Assembly: GCF_040938485.1 (NCBI RefSeq)
Contig: NW_027272464.1
Location: 62,001 to 126,000 of the forward strand
Source: Diadema antillarum
Taxonomy: Eukaryota
DNA: 64,000 bases
Reading direction: 5' to 3'
Shown here: positions 22,804 through 36,700 of the stretch, one piece after another
Numbering within the stretch: position 1 is the first letter of the stretch
How the letters are laid out: the number at the start of each line of letters is the position of its first letter
Made by a program: the position numbers and the translations under genes
Notes under the pieces: generated by a model
What the model was told of the DNA's origin: nothing
The model's database searches: none
The model's input: the letters and a program-made list of their open reading frames with translations, nothing else

Positions 22804-25800
22804 CATATGCTGATAATGTTTCATTGTACTTACCTGCAGGGCCATGCATGCAAAGCACATGTGGAGTATGAGCTTGGCTGCAAACATGCACTGAACCGTA
22901 CAGAACTGGTGTGCAATGAGAGCCAACAAGAGACCACCCTGGAACGCAGCAAAGAGGAGAGAATATCATGGAACGTCAGGGCTCAAGATTCACCAAAAGA
23001 TTGTTTTAAATGCTTGCGCATAACCATTGTAACAACTTAGATACTCACTACTAAGTGTGGGGGTTGCCTAGCCTCTACAGAGCAAGACAATGACCATTGT
23101 ATATTGCAATCTAATATGTATATCTTGTATTAGTATGCTTCGTGAAATTGGGTTCAGGGGTACCTTGGAACACGGCGAAAAAAGGGGAGAATATCACAGA
23201 CGCTCAGGGCCCTAAGATTTACATAGAGATTGTTTTAAGTCACAACACTTGCTGGTAACCACAGTAACAAAGTGGGCACTCACTACTGAATATGGAGGTT
23301 GCCTAGCTCCTTGCAAGTACACAGTGATTGCAGTATGTGGCAATCTTTTTAAGTATAAGTATACTTTGAGAAACTGGATTCAGACGAAACTTTTATTACG
23401 GTACTTTACAGTCAAATGCTGGATGCATCAAACCATTGGGCTCAAATGCAATCATAAACACATGCCACATGAAATTGCATGCTGTCCACATTCTGTACAA
23501 GGAAAAGTAGAAATTACGCGGTGCGTAAAATATGTCCCCGCCGGAAGTAGCATTTAGTATCAAAATGTACTATATAGGTCAAAAGATCAAGGTCAAAGGT
23601 CAAAGAAGTCAAAGGTCAACATTCTGTGTAGAAGTTTTGAAGCCCTCACCTAGTGCCATCACATAAAGCAAACGGAATCGAAATCCGGTTAGAAATGGCG
23701 AAGGAGTAGCATTTTGTAGCCAATGTACAATATAGGTAAAAAATCAAGGTCAAAGGTCAAAGAAGTCAAAGGTCAAAATTCTGTGTAGAAGTTTTGAAGC
23801 CCTCACCTAGTGCCATCACATAAAGCAAACGGAATCGAAATCGGGTTAGAAATGGCGAAGGAGTAGCATTTTGTAGCAAAATGTACAATACAGGTCAAAA
23901 ATCAAGGTCAAAGGTCAAAGAAGTCAAAGGTCAAAATTCTGTGTAGAAGTTTTGAAGCCCTAACCTAGTGCCATCACATAAAGCAAACGGAATCAAAATC
24001 AGGTTAGAAATGGCGGAGGAGTAGCATTTTGTAGCAAAATGTACAATATAGGTCAAAGGTCAAGGTCAAAGGTCACGACTGAAATTCTGTGTAGAAGTTT
24101 CAAAGCTCCCATGTAGTGCTATCATATAAAGCAAACAGAATCAAAATTGGCTCATAAATGACAGAGAAGTAGCAAATTGAAGATTTTGATCACACACGGA
24201 CGCACACACGGACGCACGGACGGACGGACGCACGGACGGACACACGGACACACACACGTACGGAGCCCGTTTCATAGTCCCCTGCTCGAACTCGTTCGGC
24301 GGGGACAATAAGCTACAAGTTTTATGAAATTGTGGGAGTCAATGAGTAGTCACATAAGATAATCAACTAGCCAAAATATTGCCTGTAATAGAAGAATGCA
24401 AGGAATAGTGTTTCGAAGTTGGAAATTGCTCATTTTCCCTTTAAAAAAAAAGAAAAAAAAAGAGATAAACTTAATTTTTATTAGGTCACTGGGGTCTTAC
24501 ACCATGCATTTAACCACTCATGCAATTGCCTTTTCATGTATATAGGTCCAGATTGGCAAAATATCATACTAATAGAATACAGCATGCCACCAAGGTATTA
24601 ATAATCACGATAACAAGATGCTTACTATGCATATGAAGCAGGAAGCAAAGACGTATTCATTGTAGCCAACCAAGTTATCCGTTTGCGCCTCTGCCGCATA
24701 CTCAGATAGATGGTTGCAGGAGCACTCCACGTAGTCGCGACTGTCCGACTGCGGATTTATAAAGGATTTTCAAAAAACAGAAACCTAAAATGTGTGTCTG
24801 ATTCATGCTATTAATGTCAGTTAGACACACACAAAAATATATAACTTGAGAATAATCATTAGTTTACAAACACACTGCAAACATCCACATGTTAAAATCA
24901 GGATGATTTCAAAGAGATTTCAGGAAGACACAGTACTTGTGTGTCACATGCCTCTAAGTGGGCAACAAAAAATGTCAAATAAGGGAGGCTTGTATATTTT
25001 TCCGTCAAGAGAAGCAGAAATGTGCTACGGAGCCTTAGTGACAAATGCCATGACTTACACTCTACATTGAAGTTTTGTCTCTACTTTCTGTTGACATGAA
25101 AATGATTAGCGTTTTGCTGAGAATAAAATTGCTTAACAACAAGAACAACGACAACAAAACCTACCTCTGCACATTTGCAGCTAATTAAGACCAGAGTATA
25201 TATCTATCACTTCTTTATGCTACAAAAAAAAACAACAAATCAAATGGCACATCACAGTGTTCAACTGATCTTAGCACTGATACCCCACACTCTGCCCCCC
25301 CCCCCCCCAAACCAACAGGCAGTGAAATGGGTCGGTCAAACTCACCACCACGCTGCAGAGAGTGGGCAGCCACTGTCTGGACGGGCCGTTGTACAGGACG
25401 CAGGTGGCTCCCAGGGGCGTGACCCGCGAGTCGCTGGTGTAGATGCGGTAGCGCACCGGGGTGGCCAGACTGGTGAAGTTGGTCTCCGCGCCCCTGATTC
25501 CAACTGAGAGCACCTGCATCCAGAGAATGGATGGAACTTATTAATACTTGATGCGCATTTTCACCCACACATCTTGCAATACACTTTGGAAATTATGGCA
25601 TGAAGTCAATCCATCAATCTAACCACCAATACCACCCTTTCCACACATATCTGAAAGTAAATGGAACAATAATGATGAAAAAAAAAAACACCATAATGTA
25701 TAAAATTCTACTGGAAAGCAGTTATACACAAGTGAGTCTTGAGGGCAACTTCAAAGGAGTCAACATTCAAAATGTACTGGATAGTTTGAGGCAACTGATT

Positions 25801-27729
25801 CCACAGTATGTATGTACAAATGTATGATAATCACAAAACATTTTATAAAATCCATAAAATTCATGTTGGACCATGATCTAAGTTGCTATTGCAAATTATT
25901 ATCATCGGCGCTTACCATAATCATCGCTTGTCGTCGAGTGTAATGCAAAGAGCCGAGTGGCATCTTACCTGACCGTTGAGTGTCTGCACCTGTTGCGAGC
26001 CAATGAACCACTGCTGGCTGCTGTATTCTATGAAGTGAACATCTTCACAGCGCTGATTGGAGCTGCTTTCGGGCAGCAGATCGGGTGGCAGGACGAAGAA
26101 ATTGTTCCCCCTGAAAAAAAAAGAAGAAGAAAGAATATTGAAGCAAACCATGCTTTTATTCTAAATATCATGGAATTTGAAATACACTAAGAAAGAAAAA
26201 TGCATTATACTAGGCTAGGCTCTGAATACAAGTAGACTCTGTAGCATTGTTGCTTCTTTCCCATATCACCCTGTTTGTTGTATGTGCATGTGCCAACATA
26301 CAACAATTTTATACATTTTCAAAATGTGATAGGAATTTGACATACCATTCCTTACTTGAATGGTACAATGTATCTGCTGAATGGAAGAGGCCAAACAACC
26401 AAAAACATGTTCCTTTTTTTTTATGCCACTCTATGTATATTCTCATTTCAATTCCAGCTGAACAACAACAGATTTTATGGCACTGTTCTACAAGATGTGA
26501 ATCAGCCTCAGTTTTGCATTTGTCTCTTCAGTGATATGAATAGCGCAAACAGAATTAGATGATTACAATATTTTCAACTCTCTCTTTCACTGATGAACAC
26601 AAAGCATATGTGAACCAATAACATGAATACAATTTCTGCAAAAGCTGCTTGCCTTCATCCCCATAGACCAAGATTCTGCATGCTCTGAAGTAAACTTACT
26701 TTCCGTCAAAGCGATGTCCATTGATAATGGGCGGCAGCCATCTTGCCACCTCCATCTTGGCTAGGTCACACTCCATGACCCTGGGCTCCGCAGTCTCGCA
26801 TGCAGACCCCGTCACCAGGGTGTAGGAGAAAGCAGTGAAGGACTCCGCCAGGCTGTAGGCCCCGCGGCTGTCGGTGCGAGTGGGGGACATCAGCTGGCAG
26901 TATATATCCATCATTTGGGACTGGATGTCATTGGGTAGACTGTGAAGACACAAAAGAATACATGAATGCACAGAAATAATGTGTGGTAGTGGTTCTTATA
27001 AATCTAAAAGAGAATGTAAAACAAATACACAGGTGGATTGAGTGAATGCAGATATATTAGTAGAACACATCAGTGAAAGTTTGGCAAAAATCAGACAGTC
27101 CATTTAAAGACAATGAATTTTAAAAAGTTTTGGTGCAGGCATCGCTGGATGACAAAGACCACAACACTCTGTGATGTTTTTGACGCATTTTGACCGAAGA
27201 GGAATATTTCGACACTGTGCATCTGCTATAAAATCTAAGTGTGTTTTGATGGATGCTCACCGTCGCTGGTAGCCCTCAGCTACCAGGTTGTTGAGGGTGT
27301 CTGTCAGCACAGATAACTGGTCCTTGCTCTGTTCTTGCCTCACACGCTCCGACAGACTCTGGAGAACGCTGTACGGGATTAGAGAAAAGGAATATGTAAG
27401 GGTGATTGTTTCCTTGGTGACATAAATGACTGCCACTACATTTCTCAAAGTGGGAACTGCAATGACAAGGGCAAAATGCTACAAAGATGCTGAACATGCA
27501 CTTCATTTCAAGAAAAAACACAAGTTTTTAATTTCACAAAACAACAGTGCAAAAATACTGGTATCTGTATGCTTAAACATTAACATCTAACCCAGTACAT
27601 ACGCATGCACTTGATGGTTGTACACATAAAACAAAAATACATAACATGAGAGGTGCAAAAAATTCAGTACAACACATAATCTAATGCACATAAAAATAGC
27701 TTGAATGCAGTTTTACTTCGAATAAGCAA

Positions 27730-27768
<39 letters not shown>

Positions 27769-30700
27769 TTTTGTACATTCATCAATGACATTCTTTCTTT
27801 CCCCTCGGTTCTTAGAGTATGATTTTAAATAGCATCGACGTTTACACACAGTGTAGTGTATTATTCTGCAGAAACTGGATCAGACATCTTTATTTCCAAT
27901 GATATCAAGAAATTTTATAATGTATGTACAATGAGAATTGTGAAGATGAGCACGCCTTTGTTTCTCTGATCACTAAAATCCTGAAATATGAAATTTTAAA
28001 AAAATTCCCCAAAACACAAAGGAGAACTCACTTGTAGATTCCAGAGTTGGTGGTGTCAGCCAGGGAGTCATACCATGTGTCCCATGCATCACTGTCCGTT
28101 GTGCTCTCAACGATGACAATACTGGCTTGACCATAGGAGCTGTCCACACTGTCCAGTGAAGAGGAAAAATTTAACAATGGACTGACTTGAATTGACCTAA
28201 GGCAAATATGCAGACATTATTAGGTGACATTTTTTTTTTGTCCATTTTCTGCTTGAATACAAGTCTTCAAAGAGACATATGCCCCTTTAAGCATCCTATA
28301 CAAGCTGACATTAAAAGATTGCATTCCAGTATATGTGTTGAAAAGAAGAGGGTCTGAAATGAGCAGAGTACATTCAAGATACATTGTACTTTCAGTTCCT
28401 CACTAAAATTGCTCATTTCACTGACTAATTTCCTCCTCTTAAAATCCATTTTCCTCCAGCATCAGCAAAGAGAAACTGCTGACATGACTAATAAACTCAA
28501 GCTCTGTGAATTATCCATATCACTCAACATAGCCATGATAAAAAGAAAAAATATGCAGTTGCTAGTTGGAAGGTCCCACTTACGTAGCTCCACTGTTTGC
28601 TGACTCAAGAGTGACCTGGAACTGTTTGGGATAGTTGGCGGATGAGGGTGGACTGTCCGGTGTCAAGGATATTGTGATGGGTAGGCGTCGCTGTGAGAAA
28701 AAAAAAAATACATGTACAAGCTTCAGCTTTCTGACTCCTTCAACTCCTTCACACATGCATATAAAACAGAGTGAAACTATAGTAATGACAGTGCTTTCAA
28801 AACCATACAAACCATGACTTGAGAGACGGTGCTTCAAGATTATCTAATATCTGCATTAGCTGCAGCCATAACACATTAAAGAGCACATCATCAGGATACA
28901 TTGCTTAAACTTTAAGGGCACTTATGACCAAAATAGCAGCATCTTGTGTCAATTAAGTATCGACAATAATCAAAATACATGTACATGTACTCTATAATAA
29001 TCAAAATGGTTACAGCGATAACAATGACCATTCATCCTCGCAAGTTACTAAATGCTTATGGTATACAGATACATGGATACAAAAACTTTGCCCTAACTGC
29101 GGGCAGGAGAACGACATAACACAATTAATTAAAAACCTTTAAATTAAGTTGATGAACATACCTGGCCTGGAGCAAAGACTAATGTGGCCCTCTCTGTTGA
29201 GAACTCTGCCCCTCCTATGGCGGGGTAGAATGTGACCCCGGCCACCCTGGATGGAGCCTGCAGCTGGCTGGTGGTCCAGCCAACCCGCACCTCTCTGGAG
29301 GTACCTCCCACCCTCTCTACAGTCACTGTCACTTCTGTGGTGCCGGTCTCAACCGCTTGGAATCTGAGTTGGGACAACGATAATCATCTCAGAATTGCAC
29401 TTCTTTAAATTGAAATATGTGGAGTGGATGCAATATAAATACACAGGTAGTATAGTATACATGTAGTTCACAATTCAAGTGATGTAATAACACAGCAACA
29501 GGTACATTGTAGTTACACTGTAAATCTATATATTTTCTTAGCAAATATCAGAAAACTGGAATAAAAACATCCCCCCTTTTCAGCAATATATTTGGATCTA
29601 ATTGTTGCCAATAAAAGAGGTACATGTATGGTAATAACTCATGAATATCAGAAAGCTGGAATAAAAATCTACCACTTTTCATCAATATATTTGCATCGAA
29701 TTGTTGCCAATGAAAGAGGTACAGTGGCCGTACACGTATGGTGATGACTCATATTACTACACATGTGAGCTAAGTATGTCTAACACAAAGATCCTGTGTT
29801 TGAATCCTGCCTGGTGTAAACCTCTCTCTTTCTACCCAGGAAGAAAAGTGGAAACCCGCCAGTCCTGAGGTGATGATAATTATGATAGGAAGCTCTGGAA
29901 GGGCAATGTTAACTCTAAGGAGGCTATCCTCAGAAGATAACATGACATCATCGTCATCGTTATCATCAGCACCATCATCATCAGCGTCATCAACCGTCAT
30001 CACCACTAAAATCATCATCATCATCGCCATCATCATCACCATCACCATCATCGTCATCATTGCTATCCCAAAGTTTTGAACCAGAATATCATCATCATCA
30101 TTTTGATCATCATCATCATCATCATCGTTGTCGTCATCATTGCTATCCCAAAGTTTTGAACCAGAATATCATCATCATCATCACTTTGATCATCATCATT
30201 ATCATCGTTGTCGTCATCATTGCCATCATCATCATCATCGTCATCATTGCCATCCCAAAGTTTTGAACCAGAATATCACCATCATCATCGTCCTCATTAT
30301 TGTTGTCATCATCGTCATCATCATCATTATTATTATCATCATTGTCATCCCAGAGTTTTGAACCAGAATATCATCATCATCATCATTTTCATCATCACCA
30401 TCTTCATCATCATCATCCCAACAGAACATGTGAAACCAGAGTGTTACACCTACACTTATAGGATGCCCTTTACCTTGACTCCAGAGAAAACTGCAGGAGC
30501 CCATTGGGATAGTCGCTGTCTGCCATGGTGACATTGGCCACCTGCCGGGCAGTGTCCAGACTGGCCCCCTGACCCACAGCTGTCAGCTCCACCAGGAAGG
30601 ACTGGGCAAACTCCGACTCCTCGTCGTCTTGGAGGACGATGGGCAGAGGGCAGTATCGCTGCTCTCCGGGACAGGTGACCTGACCCATGACCTCTACCAG

Positions 30701-33700
30701 CTGGTCAAAGAGGTCAACATTATTTGAGATGTCACCGGAGCTGCTGTAGGTGGCCCTCCAGTGGACCTGTGCAGAAGACAAAGATAAAATCGTAACAATA
30801 AATGCTACTGCACGATATTCACATGCAGAGGTACTTTTTATCTATCCTCCTCTCCCTCTCTCTCCTTTCCTTTGTCCTTCTTCTTCCCTCTCTCTCGTTA
30901 TCCCATTTAATGTGCAAGACTTTACAAGACCATGTACTTAAAGGCGTATAGTCCCGGTAGTTTCGAGGGCGCTGTTGATAATACTGTCGATCCCCGTTAG
31001 CATTGATACAAAGATTGCCGAAGTTGAGCTGTCATCAAGAGTAAGGCGCGTAGGTGTTGCTAAGTAACGTTGCCTTCGTTGTCTTCTTTGCGCTTCATGC
31101 AGTCTGTAGTAATGCCAAGGTGCGTGCATATGTGCTGTTTATTATGACATCACAAAAGAAGTTTGCTAATACTGTCATCTCCCTCAGCCGAATCATGAGC
31201 CGAACTATGATCGGACCACTGACTACAGTGGATCGGACGTCCTTGGTCTTAAGGAAATGGGTCACGGCGTAAGCACTAAAGAGGAGTCGATAGCGTAGGT
31301 CTCTATAGGAAACTTGCGCTGTGCGACCGTGTACCCATTTGACTAAACCACTGGGACCATGCGCCTTTAAGGTCACATGCAGAAATGGCCTATTACCATT
31401 CCTTAGTTGATCCTCAACAGATCAAAGCAAGCTTACCGTGACATTCTCAAAGAAGGCATCCCCTCTGTCCAGTGTGAGAGTCAGGGTTGGGTTGACGTCT
31501 TCATAGACGGTCACATACAGAGAGGCGGTGTCAAACCCGATGATTCCATTGTAGTTATCATTGCCCAGGATGGTGATCTCTGTGAAACCCTGTGAAAGCA
31601 CAGATTCAGAAATAGAATTATTGCCAACAAACAGATGAATCAAATACACAAACGACATAAATTGGAGGTGAAGCACAAACAATGAAGAGTATGCATGATG
31701 AAGAGTTATTGGTCAGTGCATCATAAATCTCAGGGCAGACAGCATTTTACCCAGTGGACACTTCTTATACTCAGAAAATTGATACATGTGATGCCTACTT
31801 ATGATAAAATAAAAATCATGAATTGCACTTGCTCAATTAATCCAAGGGATTCAACATGTCAATTACCAGAACAATCTTGGGATATATGTGTACACATATA
31901 GAAAACATCTGTAGTCTGTTGCCAATATTTTTTTTTTCATCTCAGCTACTTTAAAATTTGCATGAAATACCCCAACATCAAGTCCTTATCTCCTTTAATA
32001 CACAGAATACCTGACAGAACATATACAACTCTTTCTTCTTCTTAAATCAAAATATATGCAGCAAAAGCACCTCTTTACGGGTTTACTGGAACTGTAAAAC
32101 CAAACATCGATAACAAACACATACATGAATCAATGGAAATCACACTTCAGATGAAATTTGATCTCTCACACTGTCACAGCTGCAAAATGTTTGATTAACT
32201 ATCAGTTTTTGTTCATATATGCACTTGAACTACAAAAACAACAACTTCAAAAAAAAAATGACAAAGTTGACTGACAAAGTGTCATGAAAAGCTTAGCTTT
32301 TACCTTGAGTCCTTCATCACTCTCTCCCTGGGCTACGCGTGCCCCACCCTGGGGGTCAGTCAGGTAGATGAAGAAGAGTTCGTTGGGTTCAGGGAGGTCA
32401 TCACTGTCCACTGTCAGGTACACATTGGCACTGGTCTCTCCCTCCTGCCATGAAAAACAAAAACAACAAAAAGCAATAAAAAACATTATCACTTGGCAAT
32501 AAAGGGAAAATCAACTTAAAAGAAGACTACCTTGAGGCAAATTAGCAAACTTAAAGAAAATACCAATATCTTAGAGCTAGGAGAAGAATTGGCAAACTGA
32601 AACAAAAGTATAAGAATGTCAGCACATCAGTGAAAATGATGTACTGGTACTAGTATTTTAGGATGATGAAAACCCTCTTGGTCATGTGATGTTGACATTG
32701 CTTAGTGTATTAATCCAAATATTTTCACTGAAAATGGCAAAAACTAGGATTTTTCTTGTATCCACATAAAATTATGAACTTAATCGAACTTGAAAGTGTG
32801 TAATCAATATGACATCAATAGTACATCTCTCAGTAGAAACATGTCTGTCAAATACCACTGTAATCACCTCCCAATGTTTTCATTATTGTTTTCCTATATC
32901 AACTTTTTGTTACCTTTCAAAACAAGAGAAATAGTTGTATTTGACAAAGACTTTCAGGCATCTCCCTTCCTCAAAAAAATAGAATACATCTTAGTGCTAT
33001 ATGAATATGCTCTTCACAATGACAAACATGAAAGTTACATTTTCTGCCAGGTTGTAATTTCAGGACTGCGTAACATGACTCTTACATTGAATATTAGGTC
33101 TTCCTCAAGGAGCTGGTAGTCACTGTCCACTTCGGCTGAATTTTGATCCATGGAGTTGGCAAGCGCTTCACCGATGGTGTTGGAAACATTGGATGGCATG
33201 CCTACCAAGGATGCCTGCCAAGACTCACCGCCGCCGACAGTTCGCGCCTTGACACGGATCGTACCGTAAGAACCACCTAGTCCATGGAATTTAGAGAAAA
33301 GATGATAGGTTCATGAGAGAAAGATATAATTTTATCCTGTGTTACTCAAAGATGATCCATTAAATCTGTCTTTCCATCAATACTCTTGGCATTATTCTAA
33401 AAGTGAAAGATTCTTTCACTATCAAATAATTCTTAAAATAAGCACACAACATCCTGAATGTGATTTGATTTTCAAGATATAAAACATAGCTTGCAATTAG
33501 AAACTATTAAACACTGTGACAAATATTTGATATTCAAGATATAAAACATGGCTTGCAGGAAACTATTCAACACATTGACACATGGTGAGCTTGTTGCAGG
33601 GTTGAAGGGGCAGAACAGGCCATGCTTCAAGTCTGAATATACTCATGAAACCTGGTCTATCCCATGTGCCACAAACCTGTTCTCTCCACAGTGAAAGTAA

Positions 33701-36700
33701 GCGTCTTGCTGGACCCGTCTCCCTCGGTTGCCTCCACCGTGCCGGGGCTGATGCTAAGTACCCCGTAAGGGTCATTGCTGCCCACTATAGTGACCTCTGC
33801 AGTTGAGTACAGCATGCTCAGTCGTGGGCTGGTGCCTGCAGAAAAGAATGCGTGCTCAAAATGTCACCTTTATTTTACCCCAACTCTTTCCATAATTTAT
33901 AAACTTCCTTGGAAAAGGGGAATGCAATCTTGTCCACACAATTGTTGTAATGGTACAGCAAAATTATGAAATGTAATCTTCATTGATATCAGAACCTTCA
34001 TATTCACATGGAAATGTGATACATGAGGACACAAAGTACAGTTTATCATGTGTGTAGAGATCAAAAGGTCTTTCCTTGCAAAGCACTCTGCACCTCATCA
34101 CCTCTTTTTACTACTACTAATATCATTATACAATGCTGAAACTTTCAGCTACAGCTGTAAGCCAAAAAGTATAACAGCTAGCCTCCGTATATGCCATATA
34201 TTTTGCACATTTTTTGTGAACTTTGCGAGTAGGGTACTATTCACAAATATGACAAGTAAACATTATTAACTCTGATCCCGACACCAATGTGACATGCAAC
34301 CATACATTTCTATGTTCATCACTTGTACTCCATGATCACGAATTGATCCACTCAGGAAGTCCCGATCAGTACAAAATTAGACTTGCTAAATATATGGCAT
34401 ATACAGTAATATGTAAATATACTGTGACATAACTGACTTCCCATAAGCAATGAAAGATTTTCCAAAGGCATACTGGTTAAAAACTGAAGAAGGGTGTTTT
34501 CATTTGTTGACCATAAAATACTTTGAGGAGAGAGCAAGATAAACTTGACACTACTTAGATCGATAGACAACTAGCTCTTGTGTTCAAGAAGAGTAAAAAG
34601 TAAAACACTGAGGAATATGGTACTCCCAGTTGCTATCTATATTCCTTGGGATGAAAACCTTAATCCTTTCAGCTATGAGCAGCATGCTGCACAATCATTG
34701 GAGGTCTCCATTGCGGCATACTTTGCCATAGCCTACCTTGTTCGCTGCCCAGCGGCAAGAGTTGCACCCCTGTGATGTTCACAAAGAAGATCTTATCGAG
34801 CTCCGGCTCTGGGTCCTCAAGCAATGGCACAACAATGGTCTCACTCTGCTCGGTACTGGTCAGCACCACGGCACCGTCGGTGACGGCTGTGTAATCACTA
34901 CCCGGTGTGGCGGTGTAAGCCACTGTGTTGTAGGTAACCCGGATATTGCCAAGGGAGCCGATCACACGCTCTATAACAAGAGACACCTGCAACACAAACA
35001 CCATCACTCTTTTACTTCTATCTTCCACAGTCAAGCTAAGCAACATCATAACTGAGTGAGCAAGATATAGTTTTCAAATTACTCTATAACCTGCACTCTC
35101 ATTACAATGGCAATGTCTGAGAGTACTGCTATACATTTGTAATAAACACAGACCAAAAAGCATTCAAAAATGCATTTCTCCACATACTTTCAAAAGCTAC
35201 AAAAATCATTGATTTTATTCATTTGTTGATTACACAATGGTATGATTGATATGATATACAAGAGATCAGTATGAGAATGTCACTGATCACTGCAAGTCAC
35301 ACATGATTCTTGAAAAGCTTTTTTTGGGAAAAAAAAATGAATAGGATGCTATCAAGGAATGCTACAGAGATGGATTGGAAAAGAGAGAAAGAGGAAAGAT
35401 ACTGATGAAAAGCAAACCAAATACAATTATAAACAAAAAATGATAAAGAAGGAGAAAAAGAGGAAGGTATTATATACATAATGAATGTTTATGAGTGTAA
35501 TGGACAGAATATTTTATGAGGTGAAAGATTCTGTCCATTGCAAGAATGAAAAACATCTATTATTTGTTCTATATAACACCTAAAATAGATCCTTGTCATT
35601 TGATGTGCTTTATGAATTTGGAAACAAGAAAGAATGTGTGAGATCTGAGATCAAGAGAGTGCTCACTGAGCGCTTTACGCTAGCTAGTTGTTGCAGACAC
35701 GCTGCAAAAGCATTTTACATGTGTAGTGTGCTGGGCTCTTGGCATGCGTGCAATGGAGCAAATGGTATGAATCCAAGATTGCATGGTAAATGGAGCCACA
35801 ATTGCACGAATGATGACACAAGAGTAAGATGGGACGAATGATCAATGGCAAACAACCAATCAAATGGCAAGATCTATCCAGGAGTTATATGAAAAAGGAT
35901 GAAGATGAGGATGAGGGCAGCATTACCTGTTGGTCAGATTCCATGACAGAGACTTGTCGGGAAGCGGGACTGAACCCAACGATCCCGTGGGGGTCAATCT
36001 CCACTGTGGTGTATCCATCCCTGGCCAGCGCTCCACCAGCCACCCCGGAAGTGACGTCACTGATGCGGACGGCAAACACCTCGGTGGGCAGTCCAGTAGG
36101 GGTCAGCTGGAAGGATTGAGCAGACAAAGAACAATAACAAATATTTTAGTATGTTTCCCCAAGCACGACATATCACAAACTTGTTCTAAAGTTGCAACGA
36201 TCAATTCATGAAAAAAAAAAATCTTGAGGAAAATGTACATAGTAAAATGTAGTCTATGTGTGTTCATGTCAATGCAAGAAAAAATTGCAAGTGTCAAGTT
36301 GAGTAAGAGTTTAGTTCTATAAAGAACAAAAAGAACAAAGTGTCAATCAATAATGATCAAATCTAGTTTCTACACAGTTTAGATATCCACTTATCTACAC
36401 TGATAACCCCTTTACACAGGTACAAAGACACTCCAAATAGGCATACATGTATATCTTGTATGGAAAAGGATTTCACGTCACTCACTGTTGCAGTAAATGT
36501 TGCTGTGGACTCCCCTTGGAGAAGCCTGACTTGACCAGCACTGGGAGTGACCATTCCCTCTACAAAGCCGGATGGGATGGTACCTGTCTCATGGCCACTC
36601 TGCCAGGTAACGTCCACATCACCGTATGATCCGATTCTTTCCACAACCACAGTTACTGTGTATGTTGCTGTTAAAAAAAAGAAAAAAAGATTAAGAAAAG

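Noticed and set aside
22438-23040. 200-aa and 107-aa plus-strand ORFs (LSIY repeats)
   Set aside because: Translation of the (CTAT)n microsatellite and antisense of exon 48; no protein features.
29770-30534. Poly-His/Ile/Ser/Met ORFs; possible CRISPR-like array
   Set aside because: (CAT)n low complexity; eukaryotic intron, spacers are not unique, no cas genes.
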